Assembly: GCA_964016885.1 (NCBI GenBank)
Contig: OZ024741.1
Span: 199,268,001-199,332,000 of the forward strand
From: Eledone cirrhosa
Lineage: Eukaryota
Direction of reading: 5' to 3'
Length of the DNA stretch: 64,000 nucleotides
Shown here: piece by piece, positions 41,235-55,619 of the stretch
Layout of the letters: every line of letters begins with the position of its first letter
Numbering within the stretch: the stretch's first letter is position 1
Program-made: the position numbers and the translations under genes
Notes under the pieces: generated by a model
What the model saw: the letters and a program-made list of their open reading frames with translations, nothing else
Databases searched by the model: none
What the model was told of the DNA's origin: nothing

Positions 41235-42573
41235 GTAAGACGTATTCATTTTAGTATCCTTATACCTTGTAAATATGAGGCCTAGTGGTTAAGGTTTTGG
41301 ACTTATGATCATAATTTCATGGGTTTGATTCCAGGACCAAGTGGCACATTGTGTTCTCAAACAAAAGAAATCATTTAGCGTTGCTCCAGTCTCCTCTGAT
41401 AAAATGAGTACCAACAGTAATGGACTGGCATCCTGTCCAAGGTTGGGAGTTGTGTGCCCTCAGTCAATGAAACCGAGATAAACACAAGCTTGCTCAGCAG
41501 CTTCGGAGAGACTAACTTTTTTAACTAGCCTTGTAAAAGACATGTTTGGTGTTTATTTTTGTCTTTATTTATAATAGTTCTTCACCTGACTTTTAACACA
41601 TGATTTTTTTGTTGTTGTTGCAATGCATCATAGTTGAGTAAAATATCCTGGTGGCAAATGTTGGGCATAGTTTATATGGTGTGAAGGGGCTTGGATCAGT
41701 TTCTGAGATCTAGTGATATGACTGACCAAGATAGCTAAGGGCTAGACTGAATATGGAAGCAACTTCCAGTAATTTCTTCTACAAGTATATACATTAACTT
41801 GAACTGATTACACCAAGATAATGATTTCTAATTTAGGCAAATTTGCGGGGAAAGATAAAGTTGACCCGCCCCTCCTCCAGTTCTTGACTGTTACTTTATT
41901 TTATTGACCCTGTGAGGATGAAAGGCAAAGTTACCATGATAGGATTTGAACTCAAAATGTAGAACTGGAACAAAAACTGGCATGGTATTTTATCCAACGG
42001 TTTAGTAATTCTGCCCATCCACCATTAAAATAATGAAACACTTCTTAAGTATACAGTATTCCCAACCCTTTGCAGAGATGGGCTGTGTTTATTCATAATA
42101 TCCATTTAGGTTTTGAGGATTAAACCATCATGAGTGGTTTGTCTTGGCAATAAATATCATGCTGTGTAAGTAATGGGAGAGAGATCTACCCACCATGCAG
42201 TAATCATATTCATAAACATCGTTTTTATGGTGACTTTGCCATGCTGACATGGGTTGGGCAGGACTTTTTGAGGAAGTGTTTTACAGCCAGATGCCCTCCT
42301 AATGCCACCAATTTAGTCACTTCTTATGACACACATGTGTACCTTTTCTAAACCAGATACACACAGCTTAGTAATCTTGAATGAAGATAATTTACTAAAT
42401 TGTTTTCATTGTATAAACTGAATATGAATTATTGGTAGTTCATTTTTTTGATATCTTCATTATTACAGATATGCCATTCATTATTGATTGTTTGATATTG
42501 GTTAATTCTTAGACTGATTACTGAATATTGAATATTTATTATTTAGAATAATGGGTATTCATTGCTTAGCTGG

Positions 42574-42979
42574 CTGATTGCTAAATATTGGTTAGTAGAC
42601 TGATTGCTAAATATTGGTTAGTAGACTGATAGCTAAGTATTAAGAGACTGATTGCTAAATATTGGTTAGTAGACTGATTGCTCAATATTGGTTAGTAGAG
42701 TGATTGCTCAATATTGGTTAGTAGAGTGATTGCTAAATATTGGTTAGTAGACTGATTGCTCAATATTGGTTAGTAGAGTGATTGCTAAATATTGGTTAGT
42801 AGAGTGATTACTAAATATTGGTTAGTAAACTGATTGCTAAATATTGGTTAATAGACTGATTGCTAAATATTGGTTAGTAGAGTGATTGCTAAATATTGGT
42901 TGATAGACTGATTGCTAAATATTGGTTAGTAGAGTGATTGCTAAACATTGGTTAGTAGACTGATTGCTAAATATTGGTT
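42574..42979. repeat. 26-bp minisatellite (ctgattgctaaatattggttagtaga), about 15 copies
   Basis: Directly visible period of 26. Confidence 0.93.
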
Positions 42980-43499
42980 TGTGCTGATTGATAAAACTGT
43001 ATGCCTTTAGTGTTTTTAGATGGTCAGTGTTAACTTATTTTGGTTATCTATTCTGCTAACAAATGAAGTTAGACATGGATTTTTATATGGAAACTATGAA
43101 ATATTGAAATATGATAAAATATATGGTGACCTTGAATATAGGGCAACAATTTTTCTAATGAAAATATAAAATATTCAAATATGTAATCTTTATAACATTG
43201 CCACTAAAATAAAATGGAAGAATTTGTAGGATTTCATATTTCATGTGACACATCACTCTGACAAATAATTTTTAAGCCTATATAATAAATAACACATAAT
43301 TTCTCATTATATGATGATAATACAGTAAATGATAATTATACAACAACAACAACAACAATAATAATGCTTTCTGATTTAGGCACACGGCCAGCAATTTTCG
43401 GGGAGGGAAAAGTCGATTAAATCGACCCCAATGCATTACTGGTACTTTATTTTATTGACCCCGTAAAGATGAAAGGCAAAACTATCCTCAGTGGGATAA

Positions 43500-43800
43500 T
43501 AATAAAAAGTTGATAGATACAACAGATTAGCTTGTGAGGTTAAGCAGTTGTAGTCATTGAAAAAGGTAGTAGCAATACCAATGATAATTGGCGCCTTAGG
43601 AACAGTAAATAAAGATTTTGAGAAGTTTATTGTAAAAACTGGGGTTGCAATGCTGTTGGAGCACTTTTGGAGAAAGCAGCACATAGGTCAACTACTCTGG
43701 AGGGTATTTGAAACATAAGGGGTTTTACCTCGGTTCACTAGCAGTGAACAGCTGATATCATAATACATCTCCAACATTAGAAGCTTAGCAAAGAAAACAT
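43500..43800 (+). mobile_element. 3' remnant of an RLE-type (R4/Dong-like) non-LTR element
   Basis: Translates KVDRYNRLACEVKQL*SLKKVVAIPMIIGALGTV; (TAA)n context. Confidence 0.6.
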
Positions 43801-45186
43801 AATAATTATTATATATACAATAAATACTAATTTCTCATTGTACGATGATAAGGAAGGTCTTGTTGTGGCTAGTTAGACACAATCTGATAAGAATCAGAAT
43901 TTGCGATTGATTATATACAGGGTGAACTATAACTAGCTTACTGGCAAGAAATGGAATAAAAAAAAATGAAGCCTAAGTGATATTAAACTTTGTTCCAAAA
44001 GTAATAAATACATAAAGGATTTCTGTTGAGTTTATTCAGTTACTTTAAATGTTAAAAATGTTGCCCATTTACAAGCATAGGATTTTTAATTTTCTTTGTA
44101 ATCAGTAAGCTAATTATGACCCACTCTGAATATGAAATATAAATATAGTATTATTTTTAAGAATCACTTTTATTGGAAGTATTGCTGTTACATAAGTTTG
44201 TTGTGTTATAAATAAATTCCTGAAAATGAAGCGCGTTTTTCAGTTTTAATTCTCCAGTACCATATGCGTGTTGCTATTCGTAATAAATTACTTTCATTAA
44301 ATACTTAATTATAAAATTACTGTAAGTTTTCTTTAAACACAAAATTATATGGAATCCATCTAAGCATTGAAAATTAATTACTTTTAAATTCAAAAATATT
44401 AATTTAAACGAGGCTAACATACCTGGTACAATGTTGATGTTTTGATCTTTTATAATGTGTTCCAGTATCTTGATTTTATTCTTTTTCTTTTGTTCTTTCT
44501 TAACTTAAACAAGCTAACATATTCCTTATGTCTCAAAGTTAAGATATCTTTGTATAAAGTGTTTTTTCTTGAAGTTTTAGAGAGTTTTTTTTTTTTGTTT
44601 TTCGACAACTAGAATTTCTGTGCTCTTTGATATAACTGCTTCAATTTAATATGTTATCCAAAATTTAAAAAAAAACAAAAAAACAAAACAAATCAAATAA
44701 AAAAAATTAAAATCTCAATGAATAAATGAATAAAAACATGTAATAATCATAAAACATGTTATAACGGAATGTATTGAGTTCTGATAAAGTAATTTCCAAT
44801 TTCTTGCAAAACAAATCTCTGAAGTTTATATTTCAATGGGAAAGGAATTAGTTTTACTATTGAAAAATATATTCACATGTAACATTAGCTGCTTTGAAAT
44901 TGGTCATTGTATCAGTTAGATTGGAGATAAATTTCTCTATAATATATTGCTTGCAAAATACCTGCAATTTGACACCTCACCTCCATCAGCTGCTATCCTT
45001 CTTCACTACTAGTTATGACACCTTCTGCTAAGTGAAATATGAAATTGGAAGCTACCTTCTGATTGGGTTTCATTGGCAGCTGACATTCTCAACACTGAAC
45101 CAATACTGTCTGGAAGCAGTTTTGCAGTTCTTTTATCAGGCTTCACACTTAAGTAATTTATATTCAGGCATGTTGGAAACTTACCA

Positions 45187-45480
45187 ATGGTACATGAAAA
45201 TGTTTCTGCATTCGGCTCTGTGCTGACCCAGTTGAATGACATGTTAAAGTGGGCGCTGCAGGCTGAGAGTGCCCGGCCAAAGCCAACTTTACCTTCTAAA
45301 GGATTATTGGTCAAAAAGAAATCTAAGAATGTCACTAGTGTCAACAAAGTGGTTACTTTTACTGAAACGTCTTTTATTAATGAAGATACCCCTTCAGTAA
45401 AGAAAGCTATTAGTTTTACTGAAACCTCATTTCTTAGTGAAAATGCTGACGACTCAAGTGAAGATTCTGCAGAAGAAGAG
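45187..45480 (+). CDS. Putative coding exon (98 aa from ATG); candidate alternative first exon or nested-gene exon
   Basis: Non-repetitive ORF with an upstream in-frame stop at 45154; ends GAG|gtaaga (phase 0); internal repeat KVVTFTETSF/KAISFTETSF and an acidic tail. Confidence 0.5.
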
Positions 45481-46514
45481 GTAAGACTTCTATAACATTT
45501 GAACCACTTACTACTGACCTACTTCTGTTCTGTGGTAAACAGAGATACCTGCCTCATCACATAAAAAACGATCAATGCCAATATTTATTTTGACAGAACA
45601 ATTAGGACGGTCTTTAAATGAGAATATTAAGTGAAAACATCAGTTTTATTCTATGCATAACTACAAAACATTTTAATGTTATATCTTTTTTTTTTTTTTC
45701 CATTTTCTATATTTCATAAATGGGGTGTAATTACCATGGCACCATAGTTGTTATGACATTAAATGCTTTCTAACATTCAGTTTTATAAACCATTATAGTT
45801 CTCATAAACTTATGCTGATATAGAAGCCAATATCATCCAGGTTATTAAAGTTTTCTACTATTATTATTTCACTTAAATGTTATCTTTTTTAAAGTTCCAC
45901 TCACAAAAAGAGCTTTAAACACAATATAAATATATTCTATACATGCCAAACTAACAATTGCACTATATCACAAATGGTGTAGAATACTTTATAATTTTAT
46001 TCTTTAAATAACAACCCACCCAAAACCATCTCTATAAAAGTGTTCAACTATATATTTAAACCTTAGATTGAACTATTATTACATATAAGATAATATTAGA
46101 TTTCAGTATTTAAATAGTTGTCTTTTGTTAAGTTGAAAGTTAATTATTTCACTAAACCTCTCAGAATTTTTGATTATTTTGATGTATAAGTATCTTCTTG
46201 TGAGACATATGGTTATGAAAGGGTTTGGAAAATATGGTATGTTAATTATTCAAAATTATATATTTTTTAAATGTGATTAATATTGTATCTCTATTGGTAT
46301 TAAAAGGAAAGGTGTGCTTAGGGTGCCTTAACAGTTTTAATATTTATTATTTATCTAAAGTAAACAGATGATAACATCTGTCTATATAAAGTTGCTAAAG
46401 GCTTCCAAATATTAAAGAAGATAGAATAGTTTATATCACAATAATACTCACATTTTATATATATATAAACACATACATATATAACATCACATATAGTATA
46501 CATACATACATAGG

Positions 46515-46574
<60 letters not shown>

Positions 46575-46640
46575 CATAGACACACACACACATACATATA
46601 TATATATTATACCGATGTGTTATTATATGTATATGCATAT

Positions 46641-47033
46641 ATAATAATAATAATAATGAAAATATTGTGTACAGTGCTCAGGTGCACTACAACTCATCAA
46701 AAGTGTATGTATAGTACATGGGGTAATGTACAAACATCAGGAAAAGGAACAGTGCATGAGTCATGATATACACATGTGTGCATGTGTATGGAAGAGGAAC
46801 ATCAGGTGTAGTTTTGGCAAATTTCGGGAAGCATGAGGGTTTTAAAGGATGCAGTGTCTCGGCAGCTAACAACTGACGCAGGCAGTTTGTTCCATGCTTC
46901 AGCAACTCTAAGCGTGAAAAAATGTTTCCGAAAGTCATGGGAGCTGTGCTGTTTTCTGACTTTGTAGGCATGTCCACGTGTGTTAGACACATGGAGATCA
47001 AAAAGGTACTCAGGGTTGTTGTTGGCGAGATGG
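46641..47033 (-). mobile_element. CR1-clade LINE 3' end
   Basis: TRGHAYKV...RKHFFTLRVAEAWNKLP...FK motif; (TTA)n tail. Confidence 0.85.
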
Positions 47034-47064
<31 letters not shown>

Positions 47065-47131
47065 ATATATAATAAGAAGTGCTCTACCAGTCAAAGTGTA
47101 TGATGAAGTTGTATCTGTATAAATTCAGAAT

Positions 47132-47681
47132 GTGTAACCAAGACTGCACCAATTTGTATAAATATATACACACATCTAATATGTAGGCATGTTAAAATGC
47201 CAGAAAATACAAATCTCCCAGTAAATTGAAAAAAATAACAAACTGCTTTAATCGATTTTCAGATCTAATTGGACCCTCATCAGAAGATGTATATATTATT
47301 CAATCAACCACAAGGAAACATGTATTTGCTGGGTATAGGTGTCCATTTGCTCTTAGTATCATTCCGAAATGGACATACTAATTTTCATATAATTAGTGCT
47401 CATGTTGGTAATTAATTAAGATATATATTAAGAAGTGCCCTAGCAGCTGAAGTGTATGATAAAGTTATATCTGTATAAATACAGAATGTAACTAACACTG
47501 TCGTTGATTGGATGATGTACAAGTTTTCTGAGGGTCCAATTAGATAAAAAAATCGATTAAAGCTGCTGATCATTTTTTTCAATTTACAGTACAGGAAAAT
47601 TTATATTTTCTGACATGTTTACATCCCTAAATATTAGATATATGCATTTCTTTATACATGTTAGTGCAGTCTCAGTTACAC
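47132..47681. repeat. Diverged inverted pair (about 47132-47308 vs 47503-47681) of Penelope-type termini
   Basis: For example atcgattttcagatctaattggaccctca vs tgagggtccaattagat...aatcgat; also a direct repeat at about 47075 and 47431. Confidence 0.7.
47246..47286 (-). ncRNA. Minimal type I hammerhead ribozyme
   Basis: CTT-CTGATGA-GGGTC-caatta-GATCT-GAAA-ATCGAT-TA^AAG with a palindromic stem III. Confidence 0.75.
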
Positions 47682-48077
47682 TGACACAACTTTATTATAT
47701 ATATATATATATATATGTGTGTCATCATCATCATCATCATCGATTAACATCTATCTTCCAGGCTATTAGAAGCAATTAGAAGCAAGTTGGGTCGGGTGAC
47801 TGTGTCTCGCTCATATAGGAGTGTTTCTAGCTGGTCTTCTACTGCTGGATGCCCTTCTTAACACCAACTACATTGACAGTGTGTGCTGGGTGCTTTTGGG
47901 GCTGGTTTGCTATGGCTGGATGCCTTTCCTAACGCCAACCACATTGACAGTGTGTGGTGGTTTGTTTTTGCCATGTCTTTTACACGTCCACTTTACAGTG
48001 TGGGTTGGGTGATTTTTGGCATGATACCTACACGATCACTTTACAGTATTGGCTGGATGTTTTGTGATACCAGCATA

Positions 48078-48122
<45 letters not shown>

Positions 48123-48328
48123 CATGCACATATCACGGTTTTCCTTGACACATTGCCTAGCAATCCTGAACACCTCACGTTTTTGGTCCTGGCGTTGTAG
48201 AACATGCTTGAACTTTCTTTCCTCTGCTTCCCTTCTTGCGAAGTACACTTGTCTCCTAGCTTCCCTCCTGGCCACTTGATAGTCTTCTCTACTTCATATA
48301 TATACACATATATATATATATATATATA

Positions 48329-50575
48329 TCATCAACCTCGTTGATTAGCGTCCATCATTTGTGGGTAGGGCGGATTGACCCTTAGAGAAAAAAACAGGTC
48401 AGAAGACCATGTTTAGCTCACCTGGGGCAGATTTTGGCTTGGTTTCTAAAAAAAGGGTGCCCTTCCTACCTCCAACCATATTGTGTGTGCTGGGTGCTTT
48501 TTGTCCTGTCATCTACACAACCACATTACAGTATGGATTGGGCACTTTTTGTCATGGCACCTATATGACCACTTTACAGTGTGGATTAGGTACCTTTATC
48601 ATGTCACTGACACGACAACTTTACAGTGGGGCCAGGGCACTTTTGTCTTAGGACAAGGAAGGGGGTGGAAGCTTGGGGGAATTGTGGACAGGGTAGTAGG
48701 GGAGGCATGGTTACTACTAAGGATGGTGAATGAGAGGGGAGAAGGTCAAGGAAGCTGTTGCCTACTAGGTATAACCCTCAGCCTGAAAATAATAGAGGGC
48801 GGGTTTTGTAACATTGCATAGCGCCAGAGTTTGCGGTCCTGCGTCATTGTCTTTGAGAGGTATAATTGTGCAAGGTCAGCTTTTATTACCTCATCCCAAG
48901 TTTTCCTACGCCTGCTCACACCACGGCTACCATCAACTTTGAGCACTCTGCACCTTATTATACAGCTGCCATCCTTCATATGCATCACATGTCCATACTA
49001 ATGTAATCTCCTCTCCTGCATGCAACAACTGATCCCTCTTATCCTTAATTTCTCATGCAGTAGATTTATACATGCTGTGAAGCATGGCGGTTTCATTTCT
49101 TTCCAATCTTCACAGTTCCTCAGCACACAGTGCCCAGGTCTTGCTGCTGTGCAACATTGTTGTTTGTATACATGCATCATACAGTCTGCCTTTCATTTTG
49201 AGGGAAGAACCTCTTGTAGTTAGTAACAATAGTAGCTCCCTGAAATTTCTCCAACCCGATCTCACTCTGGTTACTGTGCTTTCAGAACACCCTCTGCCAC
49301 TACTGATTTGGTCACCCAGGTAACGGAAACTATGTACCACTTCAACTGAGCCATCTGAGCATTTGAAGGTGGTTGTATCCCGAGCGTTCTTGCTACTTTC
49401 TGCCCTGTGCACCAGCCACGAGTAAAACCTACATTCTTTGTTAGCCTGTCTGAGATCCTACTATATCTCTTGTGTACCCATTGCTGGGATTTGGTACATA
49501 GAATGGAATTTCTACCTACTCCTTTTCTGCACCCTGAGCAGGGCCATTTCTCAGAGGAGATCTGGGCCCTGTTATCCCTTCTACTTACTAGGACTTTAGT
49601 CTTTGTCAGGTTGACTTTATGATTCTAGGCCTTGCTTCCAGGTTTGGAATTTCATCTCTAGTTCAGCTATAGATTTGGATATAAGGGTTAGGCTATCAGC
49701 ATACAGAAGTTCCCATGGGTAGTCGGTCTTAAATGCCTCTGTTATTGCCTGCAGAACGATAATAAACAGAAGAGGGCTAAGAACAGAGCCCTGATGAACA
49801 CCAATCTGCATGCTAAATTCTTCACTATAGGCATTGTTAATTCTAACCTTACTGGCCGTTCTTCTATACATTACTTGAATTGCCCTCACAAGCCATTCGT
49901 CAACTCCTAGTTTCCTAAGAGCCCACCAGATAATGGAACGGGGAACTCTGTCAAAAGCTTTCTCAAGGTCGACAAAAGCCAGGTAGAGGGGCTTACTCTT
50001 AGCTAGATACTTACAAGGAAGAGGGCATCTGTGGTACTCTTACCTGGGACAAATCTAAACTGCATCTCATCTATGTTAACATATTCTCTAATCAGCTGAG
50101 CTATGACTCTTTCAGTGACCGTCTTAATCTGGTCAACCAACTTAATGCCTCTATAGTTTTCTCTATCTAGAGCATCTACTTTGCCCTTGCAGCAGTGTAT
50201 GATGATGCTGCTACACCAGTCATTGGGTATGACACCATTTTGAATGACTTGGTTTACAATGTGGAAGACTATGATGTGGCCCACCATTCCTTAAGTTTTC
50301 AGCATGTCAGCAACTATCCCCGTGGAGCCGACTGCCCTGCCTGACTCCATATCCTTGATTGCCTTACTTACTATACTACCGCTAACTTGTACAGCCAGTC
50401 CCTCTGTTGGGTCAACATGTGACAGACTGTCTTTATCCCATGCATTCTCCTCATTCAGTAATCTTTCACAGTGGCACTTCCATGATACCTTCTTTTCAGC
50501 GTCAGTGAGGGCAAGTTCACCAAAATCTCTTTGGACACATTTCTCTCCACCAACATCACAATTTTCCCTGACACA
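48329..50575 (-). mobile_element. Degraded RTE LINE
   Basis: RT fragments GVHQGSVLSP and WELLYAD; RTE 3'UTR. Confidence 0.85.
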
Positions 50576-50734
50576 GTTTATGTTTATAAATATATTCTTT
50601 TATAATTTTACTGGTTTCAGTCATTCGGCTGCAGCCATGCTGAGGTACCACTTTGAAAGGATATAATCAAGCATATTTCCCAAGTACTTATTATACTGAT
50701 TGCTCTTTTTGAACTGGACATAGATACAGACAGA

Positions 50735-51115
50735 AATGTAAACATGGACATGAACACACATGCACACCCACACATACACACACATGTATATATACATGCA
50801 TGCATGCATACATACATACGTAAACATGGACATGAGCACACATGCACACCCACACATGTATATATACATGCATGCATGCATACATACATACGTAAACACG
50901 GACATGAGCACGCATGCACACCCACACATACACACACATGTATATATACATGCATGCATGCATACATACATACGTAAACACGGACATGAGCACACATACA
51001 CACATGTATATATACATGCATGCATGCATACATAAACACGGACATGAACACACATGCACACCCACACATACACACACATGTATATATACATGCATGCATG
51101 CATACATACATACAT
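50735..51115. repeat. ~80-bp CA/CATG-rich minisatellite
   Basis: Repeated taaaca.ggacatga.cacacatgcacacccacacat...catgcatgcatgcatacata. Confidence 0.85.
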
Positions 51116-51149
51116 AATATATATATACACACGCACATAGATATTAGAG

Positions 51150-51349
51150 CAGGCATGTCAAACTGAGGGTCCCCCAAAAGTCACATGGGTCACATATATG
51201 TTGTCTGAGGGCCACACATGACAACTAATTGCGCACATTACAACAAATATTTTTATTTTATGTCACAAAGATAAAACATGCTTGCGCTGTAAAAACCTTT
51301 GTGTGGGCCACAAGTGTGCTTGTAAAGGGCCACATGTTTGACATGCCTA
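51150..51349. mobile_element. hAT (Charlie-like) MITE
   Basis: TIRs CAGGCATGTCAAAC/GTTTGACATGCCTA; TSD tattagag/cattagag (7/8). Confidence 0.75.
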
Positions 51350-54053
51350 CATTAGAGGATGATCGTATGTATAATCTACAGATTTCACCTACTAAATTTC
51401 ATGTACAAGTTTTATTTATTTGACCACTTGACATTTTCTGTTTATTCTGATTTGTTTTTCCATATTTTCTCCCTGTACAATCTCCCATTTCATCTTCATT
51501 TCTTGTTCTTGTCTTCTGGCTCTGCATGTGGTAATTTCCATCTGTTATCATTTTCCTATCTGTTCAGGTCTGTTCCATTATCTGTTGTTTCTAATCATGT
51601 ATTAGTCCATAACTGATCTAATCACTTTTGTATCTCTACTAGTTAGTTTTTATTCTGGTCAAGTCACTATCATGTTATCCTTTCAGCTTCTTATTGATTT
51701 GTGCAAGCCATCTCCATCTATTTAACATCATTCTGTCACTGTATATTGTGTTATGACAAGTTTCACTTAGTACTGGACAGTTTGATCCAATTAACTCTTT
51801 CAATACCAATCTGCTTGAAACCCACCTTGGTTCTATGTTAAAACTAATCATATTAAAGTGTTCATATATAAATTTTATCATAATTTTATTACAACTTTGT
51901 CATCTTCTTAACATCAACTATATAAAAAAGTTATTTTACCAAAAGCTTTCGAATTCTAGATTTAATTTCAAGTATTTCTTGAAAGTGTTAAGGTACTATC
52001 TGTTCTCTTATATAATTTACTTTTTCATTTATATTTTCTATCACAACAACCTTAAAAATTAGTTTTAGTCAGGTTATATTTGGTCAGGTTATATTTGTTC
52101 CAGAGGATGATTTTTCAATTGTTTCAAGGGCACAACAACCTCTCTTGTGTTGGCGACACAATAGAATGCACCTAGTGTACTCTGTGTAGTGTGCAACCAT
52201 GAACAATTTGCCAAATAAAGGTTCAAGAAGACTCATCAGAAGTATTAAAGATATGACAACTTCCCTAGTGTTGATGTGACAATAAAAGGCACCAGTGCAC
52301 CATATTGAATGAGGAAATGTATGTGAGTGCTGGCCCTGGCCCGTCTTTGAGGTCAGTAGCTCTAATTAAATATTGACTTTGACTGCGAAGACCCATCCAA
52401 CTCTTGCGTGCAGGGAAAATGAACATCAAAGGATGATGATGATAAACTGTCCTTGACCTTTAACACACCTCATATTTTGCATATGAAGGCTTGTGTCACA
52501 TTGTGTCATGTTGAATATCCTGTTGAAAACTACATTAAGAGTACACATGCCTGCGGAAGGCTCTGTTACTTGCATGTTAATTTTACAAGCAGCTTGTCAC
52601 ATTGACCAGACAACTGGAACAATTGTCAGAAATCACTGAAGTGCATCACATACCTTGGACACATTATATTCTCTCTATATTCTTATCTCTATGCTCTCTA
52701 ATGTGCCCATAAAAGCCCTAATTAGTAAAACATACTCATTTCAAAGATCCCTCTGTACTGATAAGAAATACATAGTAAATAGCATAAGATGTACTGAGGG
52801 ACAGAAAACATGAGTGGAATAGCAACATCACAACTAGTAATTAAGGACAAAATGAAGACATACAGACATACACAAAACCAAACTTACAAAACAAATCAGA
52901 CACACACAGATAGAACAAACAACCAACCAACTAGTGACAAGTAAATAAATACATAAATAAATAAATAAAAACACACACACACCTAGATGTAATGCATGCA
53001 CCAACCAGGCTCACAACACACGAAAACAAGATGGTGTAGGACAGAACAAAGGAGAGACACAAAATAAAAAAAACCTAGTCACTGAGGAGGTCACAGAATA
53101 TGTGATGGAAGAGCTTTGTCAATATATAAACAACCATCCAGTTATCAAACCAAACAACCAACCAGAAATTTATAATAAATTGAAGGGAAAACCAATAGGC
53201 GCATGTGTTTTTATTGACCTTGAAAGGATGAAAGGCAAAATTGACTTTAGCAGGATTTGAACTAGAGAACAGAGAGCTGAAATAAATACTGTAAAGCACT
53301 CTATCCGATGATGTCCTAATGACTGCCAATTCACCTTCTATAAACTAAAGTAAAGACTTCAATCTTTAATCTGATGCAGTCATATCTTGCTAATACAGTT
53401 TCATTTGGTACAAGATGTTAAGAGTTAAATAAAAAGTGTGATTTGATCTTGTGTGAAATAGCTATGGCTATTTTGAAATGGAATATAAGATTGATAGGCA
53501 AAATCTATTTAAACTAATGTGACATACAAAGGAGAAGCAGTATATGAGTTGAGAATGTCGGAGATATGAACGAAAATAAATTTTGGTAAGTAAATGTGAG
53601 TAGAAAAACTTTTTGAAGTTTACATAGTAATATGAATGTATATATATATATATATATATCATCATCATTTCATCATCATTTCATTTTACGTCCGCTTTTT
53701 CCCTGCTTGCAAGGGTGGGACAGGAACTGATTCTGGCTTGATTTCTACAGCAGGATGCCCTTCCTAACACCAACCTCATTTACAGTGAGTGCTGGGTGCT
53801 TTTTTGCCGTGGCACCTCCACGACCACTTTGCAGTGGAATGATAGGGACCCCAGTCCCTATCATCTCATTTCTACAGCTGAGTAAACTGGAGCAATGTGA
53901 AATAAAGTGTCTTGCTCAAGGAAACAACACATCACCCGGTCTGAGAATTGAACTCACAACCTTTCGATTGCAAGGCCAATGCTCTAACCACTAAGCAATG
54001 TATATATATGTGATGGTGATAATAGCCATCCTCATCATCATACATGTGCATGC

Positions 54054-54090
<37 letters not shown>

Positions 54091-55583
54091 CCCACACATA
54101 CATACTGTTGTCCAAAGAATAAAACAAACACTAACTAACAATGGATATTCTCACAGACTAATTGACCAAGCCACATATGGATATAGACATAAATGCAGGG
54201 CAACAAATGCCTCAGATATTATTATACCCATTGAATATATGCAAATTACACATGTACTATATGAATTAATTGCATACTAACTATAGAACAGATTTTCACA
54301 TAATCAAAAACTCATAAAACAAAATGTGTAACATGAAACCATATATTAACACTCATTATCATTATCATCATCTAAGATCTGCTTTCCCTGATACCAAATG
54401 TTGGACAGGTCTACATAGACAGTGTTGAAACAGGGCTACTGACCTCCCAGACAGGCCAGGGATCTGCATCTTGCTTACGTATGATCTCACATTCTACAGA
54501 GTGCACAGGAGATGTTGTTCTGTCCTCCCAACCCTTTCTTTGGCAAGCTTTCTACAGCTGGATGCTCTCTATCACCAACCGCCTCACACAGTGTACTGGG
54601 TGCATTTATCCTGTAGATCACCAGCATTAGGGAGGTCGTCATGTCCTTGACATGATTGAAGGGTCCTTCCAACCTGTTGTTTAGCAAGCTTTCTACAGCT
54701 CAATGCCCTTCATACCACCAGCCACTTTACAGCAAAATTAACACTAATAACATACTACAAAAACTCTAAAATAAAAAAAAAACCTTTTTACCAATAAAAA
54801 CAGGAGCATTGAAACCTGAGAAAATGCTAGAAATGACCTATGTGATATAAATTTGATTGTAAAAATGGAAGTTGGGAATTTCATGATTCCAACTGTTACA
54901 TTGGCCATACAAGTACAATACTCTCTTGAAGATGCACCATGCATTTATGACAAGGTTGCAATTTCAAAATACTGCACAACAAACCACAAAACATAGCTGG
55001 ATAAGAAAATACTAACAGACAATGCAATTATATTATAGAATTCCCAACAAAAATAGATAATTAATTATGGTGGGGTACTCATATCAAAATAAAATGCTAA
55101 GATAAACACACAAGTTGCAAACAAACACCATAAACATATGACTGATGAAGTATAATCTAGTGGTCAAATTTCAAATTCTGGTAATAAAGAGGAGACAAAT
55201 ACTGGCAATGAACATTTTATCAATTACATTTGCTTACACCAGGAAACAGTAAAAAGCCAACAATACTCTACATCCTGATGATGAGACTGAAGACATCTAG
55301 AAACATTGATTATATATTTAGAAAGGTTATTGTTCCAAATGAGCTAGTCATAGAGACAGATTCTTTTATTTATTTATTTTATTTTATTTTTTTACTAATT
55401 TCATTTATTGAACTGCTACCATGCTTGGGCACTACTTCAAAGGAATATAGTTGATCATATTGAACCACTAAGTTATGGGACATATACACAGACACAAACA
55501 TAAACACAGACATTGACACATATGCGTGCACACACACACACATCTCTTTCAGTATCTGTCCCCCCCCCCCCCCCCCTGTGTGC

Positions 55584-55617
<34 letters not shown>

Positions 55618-55619
55618 GA

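Noticed and set aside
42574-42979. CRISPR-like regular repeat
   Set aside because: Head-to-tail units with no unique spacers, no cas genes, and a eukaryotic context.
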